Positions 1-9,537 of a DNA stretch of 64,000 bases are shown here, piece by piece. Position 1 is the first letter of the stretch. Every line of letters starts with the position of its first letter. The translations under genes and the position numbers were made by a program. The notes under the pieces were generated by a model. The model saw nothing but the letters and a program-made list of their open reading frames with translations, was not told where the DNA came from and did no database searches. The DNA comes from an uncultured Smithella sp. (GTDB taxonomy: Bacteria; Desulfobacterota; Syntrophia; Syntrophales; Smithellaceae). The DNA lies in the NCBI GenBank assembly GCA_964394715.1, contig CAYMYR010000002.1, positions 21,867 to 85,866 on the forward strand, in the 5' to 3' direction.

Positions 1-219
1 GAGTTTGTCTGTAATGTTCAGGCGGTGTTTGCCCGAAGCGATGGCGCCCGATGTTACCAGAACAATCGAGAAGCCGCGACGGGTCAGATCGCACATTTCC
101 TGTGTCAGGGCGTCAATGATTTTCAAATCCAGACCGTCTGCGCCGGTAAGAACCGCGGAGCCGATTTTGATAAGGATTTTCTTGACGGATGCGATCGTTG
201 TAAGGCGAATATCGTTCAT
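1..219 (-). CDS. proB: Glutamate 5-kinase, N-terminal part (gene runs off the window start)
   Basis: Manual minus-strand translation from the ATG at 219 gives MNDIRLTTIASVKKILIKIGSAVLTGADGLDLKIIDALTQEMCDLTRRGFSIVLVTSGAIASGKHRLN, a typical ProB N-terminus. The start overlaps the obg stop, matching the classic obg-proB arrangement. Confidence 0.8.
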   Translation of the reverse strand, partial: MNDIRLTTIASVKKILIKIGSAVLTGADGLDLKIIDALTQEMCDLTRRGFSIVLVTSGAIASGKHRLNITDKL

Positions 220-1232
220 GGTTCATCAGGTTCAGTATGGTTTAAGAGGGTTACAATCTTTTTTAAAATGTCCTGCAAACCTTCACCCGTTGCGGCGGAA
301 AACGGATATAGCATTATCCCTTTTTTCGCGAATTGCGCAACGGTTTTTTTGGCTTTTTCCCGTACGGCGGGCAGATCGATTTTATTGAGCGCGGCAATCT
401 GGACTTTTTTGAGCAATTGCGGATTATAGCTTTTCAGTTCCCGGTTAATGGCGGTAAAATTTTTCCAGGCATCCGTATTCGGTTCTTCGGAAATGTCAAT
501 CAGATGAAGCAGGATGGCTGTGCGTTCCACATGCTTCAGAAACTGGATTCCCATTCCCAGGCCTTCATGCGCCCCGGCAATCAGTCCGGGAATATCCGCC
601 ACAACGAAGCTTCGGCTGTCTTTGTATTTCACAACACCCAGGTGCGGTGTGAGTGTTGTGAAGGGATAATCGGCAATTTTGGGCCGGGCGGCCGAGACAC
701 GTGAGATGAACGTGGATTTTCCCACATTGGGAAAACCGATCAGGCCGACGTCAGCCAGCAGTTTGAGTACCATCGTCAGTTGCCGTTCCTCGCCATCCAT
801 GCCCTCCTGCGCGAAGCGGGGGGTCTGATGTGTGGACGTTTTGAAGTGAGCGTTGCCTTTTCCGCCGATGCCGCCTTTGGCTGCTACGAAGATTTGTCCG
901 GGTTCGGCCAGGTCGGCCAGAATTTCTCCGGTTTCAAAGTCTTTGACGATGGTTCCCGGAGGAACAATTACGATCAGGTCTTCCGCGCTGCGCCCGGTTC
1001 TGTTGTTGCCGGAGCCATGCCCGCCGTTTTTGGCAAACTGATGCTGCTGGTATTTCAAATCCAACAGGGTATGGTGGCTTCTGTCTGCACGGATAATGAC
1101 ATCACCGCCCTTGCCGCCGTCTCCGCCGTCGGGTCCGCCTTTGGGAACAAACTTTTCCCGCCGGAAACTTACGCAGCCTGCTCCGCCGTGTCCACCCCTC
1201 ACATATATCTTTGCTTCGTCAACAAACTTCAT
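216..1232 (-). CDS. obg: GTPase Obg/CgtA
   Basis: MKFVDEAKIYVRGGHGGAGCVSFRREKFVPKGGPDGGDGGKGGDV glycine-rich Obg fold followed by G1 GFPNVGKST. The ORF is open up to 1256, but the canonical MKFVDEA start is at 1232. Confidence 0.93.
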   Translation of the reverse strand: MKFVDEAKIYVRGGHGGAGCVSFRREKFVPKGGPDGGDGGKGGDVIIRADRSHHTLLDLKYQQHQFAKNGGHGSGNNRTGRSAEDLIVIVPPGTIVKDFETGEILADLAEPGQIFVAAKGGIGGKGNAHFKTSTHQTPRFAQEGMDGEERQLTMVLKLLADVGLIGFPNVGKSTFISRVSAARPKIADYPFTTLTPHLGVVKYKDSRSFVVADIPGLIAGAHEGLGMGIQFLKHVERTAILLHLIDISEEPNTDAWKNFTAINRELKSYNPQLLKKVQIAALNKIDLPAVREKAKKTVAQFAKKGIMLYPFSAATGEGLQDILKKIVTLLNHTEPDEP

Positions 1233-1396
1233 CAGGAGAAAGCCTTTTTCCTTCAATATATATGACAGATGTCATAAATTTTCTATATAAAGTATGAAGC
1301 GGTGGCAGCAAGTTGCCTCTGCGGAAGTTTATATAGATACATTGAGGGAGGCAACGCAGCTGACAATAAAGTCAAACCATGGAGATGAAATTTACA

Positions 1397-1432
1397 CAAA
1401 AAATAAAAAGGCGCTCAATAGATAAGCGCCTT
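1397..1432 (-). terminator. Rho-independent terminator after rpmA
   Basis: On the minus strand, stem AAGGCGCT / AGCGCCTT with an 8-nt loop is followed by TTTTTATTTTTT, directly 3' of the rpmA stop. Confidence 0.7.
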
Positions 1433-1457
1433 AAAATTCTGTATGCAACCGTCTGTT

Positions 1458-1712
1458 TTATGCCGCGTATACGCTGACTTTTTTGCGGGTTTTGTCCAGT
1501 CGTTCATATTTTACAACGCCGTTAATGAGTGCGAAAAGCGTATAGTCTTTTCCCAGACCAACGTTGTTGCCCGGATGAATCTTGGTTCCTACCTGCCGCA
1601 CGATAATGGAGCCCGCGTGAATTTTTTCACCGCCATATACTTTGACGCCGCGTCGCTGCGCGTTGGAGTCTCTACCGTTGCGGGAGCTTCCCTGACCTTT
1701 TTTATGTGCCAT
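1458..1712 (-). CDS. rpmA: 50S ribosomal protein L27
   Basis: [28 protein letters not shown]... is a canonical L27 N-terminus. Confidence 0.97.
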   Translation of the reverse strand: MAHKKGQGSSRNGRDSNAQRRGVKVYGGEKIHAGSIIVRQVGTKIHPGNNVGLGKDYTLFALINGVVKYERLDKTRKKVSVYAA

Positions 1713-1724
1713 GATGTCCTCCGC

Positions 1725-2036
1725 CTATATCAAAATCTGCTTTATTTTCATGCTGGTCAATTCCTGACGATGGCCGGTCTTTTTCCGGAATCCCTTGCGG
1801 CGCTTCATTTTGCCGATAATCAATTTGGGACCTTTTGTCTGGGTTACAACCTCGCCGACCACTTTTGCGCCTTCCACAAAAGGCTTTCCGATTTTTACAT
1901 GGTTATCGTCAGAGACCATCAGAACTTCGTCAAAAACAACTTCGGTTCCCTTTTCGCCCGTCAGTTTTTCAACCAGCAGGACGTCGCCTTCACTGACCTT
2001 GTGTTGTTTTGCCCCTGTTTTTATGATTGCGTACAT
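1725..2036 (-). CDS. rplU: 50S ribosomal protein L21
   Basis: [25 protein letters not shown] is canonical L21. It lies immediately upstream of rpmA. Confidence 0.97.
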   Translation of the reverse strand: MYAIIKTGAKQHKVSEGDVLLVEKLTGEKGTEVVFDEVLMVSDDNHVKIGKPFVEGAKVVGEVVTQTKGPKLIIGKMKRRKGFRKKTGHRQELTSMKIKQILI

Positions 2037-2179
2037 ATACTTATCCTCGATTCATGTTAAGACTGGGCTTTATAGATAAATTATGTCTGTTTGTCAATGA
2101 AATTTAGCTATCTGATCAATATTTTTATCCGTTCATCTGATCTGATCTTAACATATTGATATTACGTGTGCTTTTATCT

Positions 2180-3814
2180 TTACCATGGATCAATGAAAGA
2201 ATGGCAGGCATCGCCGGATTTCCGTGCAGGCACGGATTTCAGCCCCTGCATAATCCACCTGCGGGTGTCTGCCGGATCAATTACGGCGTCAATTTCCAGA
2301 TAGGAGGCCATGTTAATGGCTTTACCTCTTTCGTAGAGCTGGGCGACAAGGAACTCATAGAATTCTTCCCGTTTTTGGGGATCTTCGATAGCAGCGAGTT
2401 CTTTTTTGAATCCTGCCTTTACAGCCCCTTCCAGACCCATTCCTCCGAATTCTCCGGTGGGCCAGGCCGCCGTGAAGAAAGATTCATGGAAGCCCCCTCT
2501 GGCCATGGCCATCGCACCCAGGCCGTATCCCCTGCGCAGTACAATAGTGAAATAGGGAACCGTGAGGTGGGAACCGATGACAAACATTCGGCAGACATGT
2601 CTCACCTGCGCGCGCTTTTCAATTTCCGGGCCGACCATGAAGCCCGGTGTGTCGCATAATGATAAAATCGGTAGTCCATGGGCGTTGCAAATCTGCATTA
2701 AGCGGGCGACTTTGTCCGCACCCTCGGCTTCAATTGCGCCGGCCATGTGCATGGAGTTATTGGCGATGACGCCAAATGGCCGGCCTTCGATGCGCAGGAA
2801 CCCCGTGACCATGCTGGGGCCGAATTTCGGCCTGATCTCCAGAAACGAGTCTGTATCCGCAATTGCTTTGATAACGGTCCGGACATTGTAGGCCCGTTTG
2901 CGGCTCTCCGGAATCAGGCTGCGCAGTTTGAGCTGATCGCCTGCAACCCATGACGTTGTTGATCCCTGAAAATAGGAAAGATACTTTTTGGCCAGCAAAA
3001 CGGCTTCCGCATCGTCTGCTGCTTCAATATCCACCACGCCGTTTTGTGTCTGTATGTTCATTGGCCCGACATCTTCGGGTTTGAAAACACCCAGTCCGCC
3101 GCCTTCGATCATGACCGGACCGCCCATACCAATGCTGGAATTCGCCGTGGCGATAATCACGTCGCAGCAGCCCAAAAGCGCGGCATTTCCGGCAAAGCAA
3201 TATCCTGACACAACACCGACCATCGGCACGGACCCGCTTAGTCTGGCAAATGCGCCAAACGTTGATAAGTCCAGTCCCGCCACCATGACACCCTGAGCAT
3301 CAACATCACCGGGCCTTCCGCCGCCGCCTTCCGCGAAGAAAACGAGAGGCAGGCGCTGTTCATGGGCCAGATGCAGCATCCGATCCATTTTCTTGTGATT
3401 GAAAAATCCCTGTGTCCCGGCCAGGACCGTGTAGTCATAGGACATCACCATACAACGGGCCCTGTCTTCGCTGAATAATGAACCGTTGACGGATCCGACA
3501 CCGGCGATAAGTCCGTCGGCCGGTGTTTTGCTGATGAGATCATCCACAGATCGTCGCCCGCGCTGCGCTGCAATGGCCAGAGCCCCGTATTCAATGAAAC
3601 AGTCGGGATCACACAGGGCTTCAACGTTGGCGCGCGCCATGCGCTGGTTCTTCTGGTGTCTTTTTGCCACTGCCTCGGGACGATTTTCATCCAGTCCAAA
3701 GGAGAGCCTGCGGATGACCTCAGCAAGGTCAGGGCGTATCGGTTTATTATCTTCTTGCCCGGTTTGGGCCGTTTTGGATTTTGACGCGTCTTCGTTATCT
3801 TGGAATGTTTTCAT
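2180..3814 (-). CDS. Acyl-CoA carboxyltransferase (COG4799; propionyl-CoA carboxylase beta / methylmalonyl-CoA decarboxylase alpha-like)
   Basis: Two-lobe carboxyltransferase pattern: TPADGLIAGVGSVNG, VMSYDYTVLAGTQG, FAEGGGGRPGD, ANNSMHMAGAIE. The ORF is open to a TTG at 3841, but AGGAG lies 10 nt before the ATG at 3814. Confidence 0.85.
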   Translation of the reverse strand: MKTFQDNEDASKSKTAQTGQEDNKPIRPDLAEVIRRLSFGLDENRPEAVAKRHQKNQRMARANVEALCDPDCFIEYGALAIAAQRGRRSVDDLISKTPADGLIAGVGSVNGSLFSEDRARCMVMSYDYTVLAGTQGFFNHKKMDRMLHLAHEQRLPLVFFAEGGGGRPGDVDAQGVMVAGLDLSTFGAFARLSGSVPMVGVVSGYCFAGNAALLGCCDVIIATANSSIGMGGPVMIEGGGLGVFKPEDVGPMNIQTQNGVVDIEAADDAEAVLLAKKYLSYFQGSTTSWVAGDQLKLRSLIPESRKRAYNVRTVIKAIADTDSFLEIRPKFGPSMVTGFLRIEGRPFGVIANNSMHMAGAIEAEGADKVARLMQICNAHGLPILSLCDTPGFMVGPEIEKRAQVRHVCRMFVIGSHLTVPYFTIVLRRGYGLGAMAMARGGFHESFFTAAWPTGEFGGMGLEGAVKAGFKKELAAIEDPQKREEFYEFLVAQLYERGKAINMASYLEIDAVIDPADTRRWIMQGLKSVPARKSGDACHSFIDPW

Positions 3815-3943
3815 GTGAAGGATACTCCTGAATATTTTCAATATTGATCACACCGGCCCTTTCCACTTTTGGGAAGGACCTTTCATAAAATATAACAATA
3901 GTAAATATTGGTTCTTATTTCCATATTTATTTCCTTATTAGGA

Positions 3944-3973
3944 TTGACAAAACAAACATCTTGCCAATATAGT
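3944..3973 (+). promoter_or_regulatory. Putative sigma70 promoter of the TetR gene
   Basis: TTGACA (3944-3949), an 18-nt spacer, then TATAGT (3968-3973), just upstream of the palindrome at 3987. Confidence 0.5.
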
Positions 3974-3986
3974 AATCTTGAAAAAC

Positions 3987-4006
3987 TATCTAACAATTGT
4001 TAGATA
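3987..4006. promoter_or_regulatory. 20-bp perfect palindrome, putative TetR operator
   Basis: TATCTAACAATTGTTAGATA is its own reverse complement. It sits between the putative -10 and the TetR start, in the divergent region shared with the carboxyltransferase gene. Confidence 0.6.
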
Positions 4007-4039
4007 AGCCACTCAAAGATGTAAGTCAAGGATTAAAAA

Positions 4040-4675
4040 ATGACCATGAAAAAGGGTAAGACAAAGAAAAGAAATCTGGAATCCGATTCCCGTCAGCAGA
4101 TACTTGACGTAGCTCTCAAGTTATTTGCCCACAAGGGATATGCCGCCGCTACAGTGCGTGATATTGTTGATGCCTCGGGAATTACGGCGCCCTCTCTCTA
4201 TTATTACTTCGGGAACAAGGAAGGTCTCTATATGGAGTTGATGCAAACCCATTGCACCCGGATCGATCAGGCGTTGGAATCACACATGCATACATCCTCC
4301 AGCGCCAAAGACAGGCTGAAAGATCTTGTTGATAAAATTTTTCTTCACGTCGCAAATGACAGGGATTTTTTCCGGCTGATGTTCACCATCTACTATGGCC
4401 CTTCTCAGGGCGCGCCCTATTGTGATTTCATATCCTACCATGCGAAATTTCACGCAGCGATTAAGAAGATTATTGAAGAAGGGATTGCCTCCGGGGAATT
4501 TCAGCCGGGAAACTCGGGGCACATGACCTGGGTGATTCGCGGCGTGGTCCAGTTGGCCATGGAGGAACAAATCAAGGAAGACAGGAAAATCATTGACCGT
4601 CAGGGTCTGCAGAAGACTCTGGATATGCTTTTGGACCGCTTTGAAAGACCGCCGTCTGTGAATAGAAAAAAATAA
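4040..4675 (+). CDS. TetR/AcrR family transcriptional regulator
   Basis: N-terminal HTH ILDVALKLFAHKGYAAATVRDIVDASGITAPSLYYYFGNKEGLY. Confidence 0.9.
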   Translation: MTMKKGKTKKRNLESDSRQQILDVALKLFAHKGYAAATVRDIVDASGITAPSLYYYFGNKEGLYMELMQTHCTRIDQALESHMHTSSSAKDRLKDLVDKIFLHVANDRDFFRLMFTIYYGPSQGAPYCDFISYHAKFHAAIKKIIEEGIASGEFQPGNSGHMTWVIRGVVQLAMEEQIKEDRKIIDRQGLQKTLDMLLDRFERPPSVNRKK

Positions 4676-4759
4676 AAAGGACAGGCGTTCGGGGTTATCC
4701 GGTGTGAAGTTTCAACCTGTTGGACGAAAAGCACAATAATCTGGAGGGACTGAGAATTT

Positions 4760-5560
4760 ATGGACCTGAAAATTAAAGATAAGGTTGCAATCGTAACAGG
4801 CGGGGGAGGCGGCATCGGTAAAGCCATTGCCATGCGTCTGGCCGATGAGGGTGCAACAGTGGTCGTGGCTGACTTGAATGCAGAAGCCGCTCGAAATGCT
4901 ATTGACGAAATTAAAGGCAACGGCGGAGACGGTTTGGCCGTGTCATGCGACGCGACAAAACCGGAAGATGCAGATGCCATGGTTCAAAAGACAATCAGTG
5001 CCTACGGGGTCATTGATATTCTGGTCAACAATGTGGGTGGGGGGACGGGAATTGCTGTGATCGTCCAGTCACAGGTTGACCAATGGGATAAAACGGTTGA
5101 GATGAACCTGAGAAGCGTCTATCTCAGTTGCCGTGCTGTGGCTAATGCAATGATTTCAAGAAAGCAGGGGCGGATAATCAATATTTCCTCCATTGCCGGA
5201 AAGTCAGGAGAGCCGCTTTTAGGTCCATACTGCGCGTCCAAGTTCGGCGTCATTGGATTTACACAGGTATTGGCCAGGGAACTGGCGCGCTACAATATCA
5301 CGGTCAATGCCGTTTGTCCGGGATATGTTTATACCCCGGGATGGGAAAAGCTGGCGCAGGCACTCAAGGACACACAGCCGGCTCTGGCGGATAAAAGTCT
5401 GCAGGAGATATTCGAAGCTCGAGTCAAAGCGGTGACGCCTTTGCGACGCCCTCAACCGCCCGAAGACATCGCCGATATGGTGGCCTATCTGGCCTCGGAG
5501 CGAGCTCGCAATATTACCGGTCAGGCCATTAATGTGGATGGCGGTGCTGTGATGGGTTAA
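4760..5560 (+). CDS. SDR family oxidoreductase (3-oxoacyl reductase-like)
   Basis: TGGGGGIGKAIA cofactor motif, NNVG, and catalytic S...YCASK. GGAGGG RBS upstream. Confidence 0.9.
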   Translation: MDLKIKDKVAIVTGGGGGIGKAIAMRLADEGATVVVADLNAEAARNAIDEIKGNGGDGLAVSCDATKPEDADAMVQKTISAYGVIDILVNNVGGGTGIAVIVQSQVDQWDKTVEMNLRSVYLSCRAVANAMISRKQGRIINISSIAGKSGEPLLGPYCASKFGVIGFTQVLARELARYNITVNAVCPGYVYTPGWEKLAQALKDTQPALADKSLQEIFEARVKAVTPLRRPQPPEDIADMVAYLASERARNITGQAINVDGGAVMG

Positions 5561-5569
5561 AGGGTGGGC

Positions 5570-6775
5570 TTAACTGGAAATTAAAATTATACCTTCTTTT
5601 GAAAGCGCTTCAATTTCTTCGTGGGCGTAGCCGATTTCTTCCAGAATGGATAGGGTGTCTTGGCCCAGTGTGGGAGATGGTCCACAGGGTCGGGGCCGGG
5701 TTTCAGAAAATTTGAGCGGTACACCGATTTCCTTGATTCCGCCGCAGACCGGATGCGCCTGCTCGCAAACCATTTGCCGTGCCTGAAGATGCGGGTCTTT
5801 TTCAACTTCTGAAAGCTCCAGAACAGGGGTAATGCAGATGTCCAGCTTTTTTGCGGCAGCGGCCCACTCATCCCTTGTCTTTGTCCGGAAAAGAGCTGCG
5901 ATCTCCCTGCGCATAGTTTCAGCTTCTTCTCCCATGACCAGGTGCTTTTCAATCCATTCATTGTGGCCTGCCATTTCACAAAAAATCTTCCAGAACTTGC
6001 TTTCCAGGATGCCCATGGCAATGTATTTTCCGTCGGCGCATGAATAGACACCGTAACAGGCCAATCCCCCCGAAAGCGGCAATTCCCCCGGCGCTAAATT
6101 CATTGCAGTGGCCTGATAATGTGCCATTTGCAGGGTTATCAGCGGCAGAACGCAATCGAGCATTGATACATCAACAAGCTGGCCCTTGCCTGTTTTTTCT
6201 CTTGCCCAGAGGGCGCACAGACACGCAATCATAGACATGTATGCGCCTCCCGCCACATCTGCAAGCTGCGGTCCGGGGAGAAGGGGGCCGGTTTCCCTGC
6301 TGCCGGCCGATGAAAGGATGCCGGCGTAGCCGATATAATTGATGTCGTGTCCGGCGTCTTTCGCGTAAGGGCCATACTGGCCATATCCGGTGATGGAAAC
6401 ATAGATGATGTCTTCTTTAACTTGTCTGGCCTGATTATATCCGATGCCCATCTCATCGAGCACACCCGGCCGGAATTGCTCAATGACAATATCCGCAGTT
6501 TTGACAAGAGACAAGAAAATGCCGACCCCTTTCGGGGTTTTAAGATTTAAGGCCAGGCTGCGCTTGGACCTGTTGACGGCGATAAAGCCCGCAGATTCGG
6601 ACTTGATATAGGGAGGATAAAAACGCATGTAGTCAGGAGCGTTCACGTACTCAATCTTGATGACATCCGCTCCCATATCAGCAAGCATCATCGTACCCAA
6701 CGGCCCGGGATAAAGGCGGGTGAGATCAAGAATACGAACGCCCTGTAAAGGACCTTCCTGCGGCTTTCTCTCCAT
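5570..6775 (-). CDS. Family III CoA-transferase (CaiB/BaiF type)
   Basis: GPLQGVRILDLTRLYPGPLGTMMLADMGADVIKIE is the typical N-terminus. The length of about 400 aa fits. Confidence 0.88.
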   Translation of the reverse strand: MERKPQEGPLQGVRILDLTRLYPGPLGTMMLADMGADVIKIEYVNAPDYMRFYPPYIKSESAGFIAVNRSKRSLALNLKTPKGVGIFLSLVKTADIVIEQFRPGVLDEMGIGYNQARQVKEDIIYVSITGYGQYGPYAKDAGHDINYIGYAGILSSAGSRETGPLLPGPQLADVAGGAYMSMIACLCALWAREKTGKGQLVDVSMLDCVLPLITLQMAHYQATAMNLAPGELPLSGGLACYGVYSCADGKYIAMGILESKFWKIFCEMAGHNEWIEKHLVMGEEAETMRREIAALFRTKTRDEWAAAAKKLDICITPVLELSEVEKDPHLQARQMVCEQAHPVCGGIKEIGVPLKFSETRPRPCGPSPTLGQDTLSILEEIGYAHEEIEALSKEGIILISS

Positions 6776-6844
6776 GATCCGATATCTCCCGTCACGGCGG
6801 GAATTTCCCGGTTTCAGGAAAATCCCCGAAATGACCCTTTTGTC

Positions 6845-7813
6845 TTAAACCACTTCGATGGTGGACGTCGGTTTTGATGTGATGTTGTAGGTGACGCTCA
6901 CAACTTCAGGGATTTCCCTGGTGATCTTCGCGGCGATTTTTTCAAGGACATCAAAAGGAAGACGGGTCGGACTTGCCGTTCGCGCGTCCTTGCTGTCCCA
7001 GCAGCGGATTTCAATCTGGTTTCCGAAGACCCTTTTGTTGTTTCGCATGCCGGTTACCCGGTCTTCATGCAGAATGGCCAGATACTGAAAAGCCTTTACA
7101 TCTTTTAAGGCGGCTTCGGTGATGGCGGTTGCTTTTCTGACCAGCGCGATCCTGGCGGGTGTTACTTCGCCGATCACGCGTGCGGCCAGCGCCGGTCCCG
7201 GAAAGGGGATCCGGTCGAACATGACGGCCGGCAGGCCCAGCCCTGCTCCAACCTTGCGTACGCCATCCTTGCGCAGCTCAATGAGAGGTTCCAGAATTTT
7301 ATAGCCAAAGGCTTTTTGGGGATCAATGCCCAGTTGTTCAAAGACGTTATGCTGTCTTTTAATTCCGGCGACAGTTTCGTCCACATCCGTCAGGATGGTG
7401 CCCTGCAGCAGGTATTTTGCCTTGCTTTTCACCACGAGTTTGCCGAAAACATTTTTATAAAAAGTTTGCGTGATGGCTTCTCTTTTTTCTTCGGGGTCGG
7501 TGATCCCTCTGAGAGCAGAGAAAAAAGCCTTTGAGGCCTCCACAACTTCAACCTTGATTCCCAGTTTTTTAAAGGCGGCAGCCACTTTGGCCGGTTCATT
7601 CTCCCGCATGATGCCGTTGTCAATCATGTAGGTTTTAAGACGGTTGCCGAGTGCTCTGTGTCCCAGAGCGGTGACAACGCAGGAGTCAACGCCCCCGGAC
7701 AGGGCGTTGACAGCCAGGCCATCACCCACGGCCTGTTGTATGGCCCGGACCTTGTCGTCAATAAATTTATTTACATTCATATTGCCTGCTTTAATTTCTT
7801 TGATCTTGATCAT
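6845..7813 (-). CDS. GMP-synthase-like ATP pyrophosphatase domain protein with no glutamine amidotransferase domain
   Basis: PP-loop SGGVDS. The protein is collinear with the GuaA C-terminal half (TDPEEKR, QGTI..D, PFPGPALAARVIGEVT) and with the GuaA dimerisation end LPFDVLEKIAAKITREIPEVVSVTYNITSKPTSTIE. Confidence 0.75.
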   Translation of the reverse strand: MIKIKEIKAGNMNVNKFIDDKVRAIQQAVGDGLAVNALSGGVDSCVVTALGHRALGNRLKTYMIDNGIMRENEPAKVAAAFKKLGIKVEVVEASKAFFSALRGITDPEEKREAITQTFYKNVFGKLVVKSKAKYLLQGTILTDVDETVAGIKRQHNVFEQLGIDPQKAFGYKILEPLIELRKDGVRKVGAGLGLPAVMFDRIPFPGPALAARVIGEVTPARIALVRKATAITEAALKDVKAFQYLAILHEDRVTGMRNNKRVFGNQIEIRCWDSKDARTASPTRLPFDVLEKIAAKITREIPEVVSVTYNITSKPTSTIEVV

Positions 7814-8020
7814 GAAGGCTCCTTTTTTAATGACGGAATTAGATGAAAAATGATTTAAACGATATTGATTTTGGTTTCAAGCATTAAAAAAAGAGCAAGA
7901 TGGCAGCCTTTATTGCAGATTTTAAACATTTTGGTTGTAAAATTGGCAACTTCAGTTTAAAAATCGGGGTCAGTTTAGAAAAACAAGTTAAATGATATTT
8001 TATTCTGAAAGGAGATTCAA

Positions 8021-8782
8021 ATGGAACCAATAAAAATCATGCCCTGTCTGGATATGAAAAACGGCCGGGTGGTGAAGGGTGTTCATTTTGTTGATATTAA
8101 AGAAGCGGGTGATCCTGTGGAAAATGCCGCCTTCTATCAGGCCGAAGGTGCGGATGAGCTGGCCATGCTGGATATTGCGGCAACGCTCGAAAACCGTAAA
8201 ACACGTCTGGAATGGGTCAGGAAGGTTTCGGCGGTGATCAGCATTCCGCTGACAGTCGGCGGCGGCATTTCCTCGATTGAGGATATTGAAATGGTTCTGG
8301 GTGCCGGGGCAAGCAAGGTCTCCATGAACAGCGCCGCGGTGAAAAATCCCGGCCTGATTCGCGAAGCGTCGAAGACATTCGGGTCGGATAAAATCACGGT
8401 TGCAATTGACGCGAAAAGAAATGAGGCCATGGCTTCAGGATTTGAGCTGGTGGTCTCCGGCGGTACGTTGCCCATCGCCAAAGATGCGGTGGCCTGGGCG
8501 AAAACCTGTCAGGAAATGGGTGCCGGTGTGATTCTGCCAACCAGTATGGACGGTGACGGAACGAAGGCTGGTTATGATATTCCCTTTACCAGGGCAATTT
8601 CTTCCGCTGTGACACTGCCAGTGGTTGCGTCAGGCGGTGCGGGGAAACTGGAAGATTTCTACGAAGCGGTGGTCGAAGGAGGAGCCTGTGTTTTGCTGGC
8701 CGCTTCGGTTTTTCATTTCCGGATTCTCAAGATCAGGGACGTGAAAGATTATCTGCGGGGCAAGGGACTGACCGTTGCCTGA
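8021..8782 (+). CDS. hisF: Imidazole glycerol phosphate synthase cyclase subunit
   Basis: IMPCLDMKNGRVVKGVHFVDIKEAGDPVENAAFYQAEGADELAMLDI and IPLTVGGGISSIEDI are canonical HisF. AAAGGAG RBS. Confidence 0.9.
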   Translation: MEPIKIMPCLDMKNGRVVKGVHFVDIKEAGDPVENAAFYQAEGADELAMLDIAATLENRKTRLEWVRKVSAVISIPLTVGGGISSIEDIEMVLGAGASKVSMNSAAVKNPGLIREASKTFGSDKITVAIDAKRNEAMASGFELVVSGGTLPIAKDAVAWAKTCQEMGAGVILPTSMDGDGTKAGYDIPFTRAISSAVTLPVVASGGAGKLEDFYEAVVEGGACVLLAASVFHFRILKIRDVKDYLRGKGLTVA

Positions 8783-8890
8783 ACAGCGAATACGGTTGCG
8801 GGTAGCCCCCATGATGATGATTGACGGACGTGGCAAGCAAAACAGGTCATTGAAGATGGCCTGCAGCTTATGGCTCCAAAGGAAAACATC

Positions 8891-9469
8891 ATGAGCAAAA
8901 TAGGTGATCTCCTGTTTGTGAGAAAACACCATGTTTGCCCCCGCTGGCTCTGCTTTACCTTTGATAACAGGATCCGCAGGTTTTTACAGGATCCTGATCG
9001 AATCATGAATTCCTTCATCCGGCCCGGTGACACCGTTGTGGATGTGGGCCCCGGCATCGGTTTTTTTACCATTCCGATGGCTCGCCTCGTAGGAGACAGC
9101 GGACGGATTATTGCCGTGGATATTCAGGAAAAAATGCTTGATGCCATACTGGCACGGGCCCATAAAGCAGGGGTGTCAGACCGGATCAGGACGGTGCTGG
9201 CAGGTGAGGATTATCTGAATGTTAAAGTTCTTGCAGATTTTATCCTGGCTTTCTGGATGGCCCATGAAGTGCCGAACCAGGAGAAATTCTTTACCCAACT
9301 GCACACCATATCGAATGAAGGCGGCAGATTTCTGCTGGCAGAGCCTAAGCTGCATGTTGCCGGGACTCAATTTGAAAAGTCAGTTAGCCTGGCGCAAAAG
9401 TCCGGTTTTAAACTGTTGGATAGACCGGCCATTTCTTTGAGTCATGCCGCCTTGTTTATAAAACATTAA
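8891..9469 (+). CDS. Class I SAM-dependent methyltransferase
   Basis: Motif I VVDVGPGIGFFTIPMA and post-I IIAVDIQ. The ORF is open from 8870, but AAGGAA precedes the ATG at 8891. Confidence 0.75.
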   Translation: MSKIGDLLFVRKHHVCPRWLCFTFDNRIRRFLQDPDRIMNSFIRPGDTVVDVGPGIGFFTIPMARLVGDSGRIIAVDIQEKMLDAILARAHKAGVSDRIRTVLAGEDYLNVKVLADFILAFWMAHEVPNQEKFFTQLHTISNEGGRFLLAEPKLHVAGTQFEKSVSLAQKSGFKLLDRPAISLSHAALFIKH

Positions 9470-9537
9470 AGGCGATAGGGAAGAAATTATTATTCTTCGG
9501 CCCATAGACGATAACCTATAATCCGGCGCCTGTTTTT

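Noticed and set aside
4690-4760. Sigma54 promoter (TGGACGAAAAGCACA) upstream of the SDR gene, as a possible target of the NtrC-type regulator in the window
   Set aside because: The GG-to-GC spacing is too short compared with the TGGCAC-N5-TTGC consensus. No other intergenic -24/-12 match was found.
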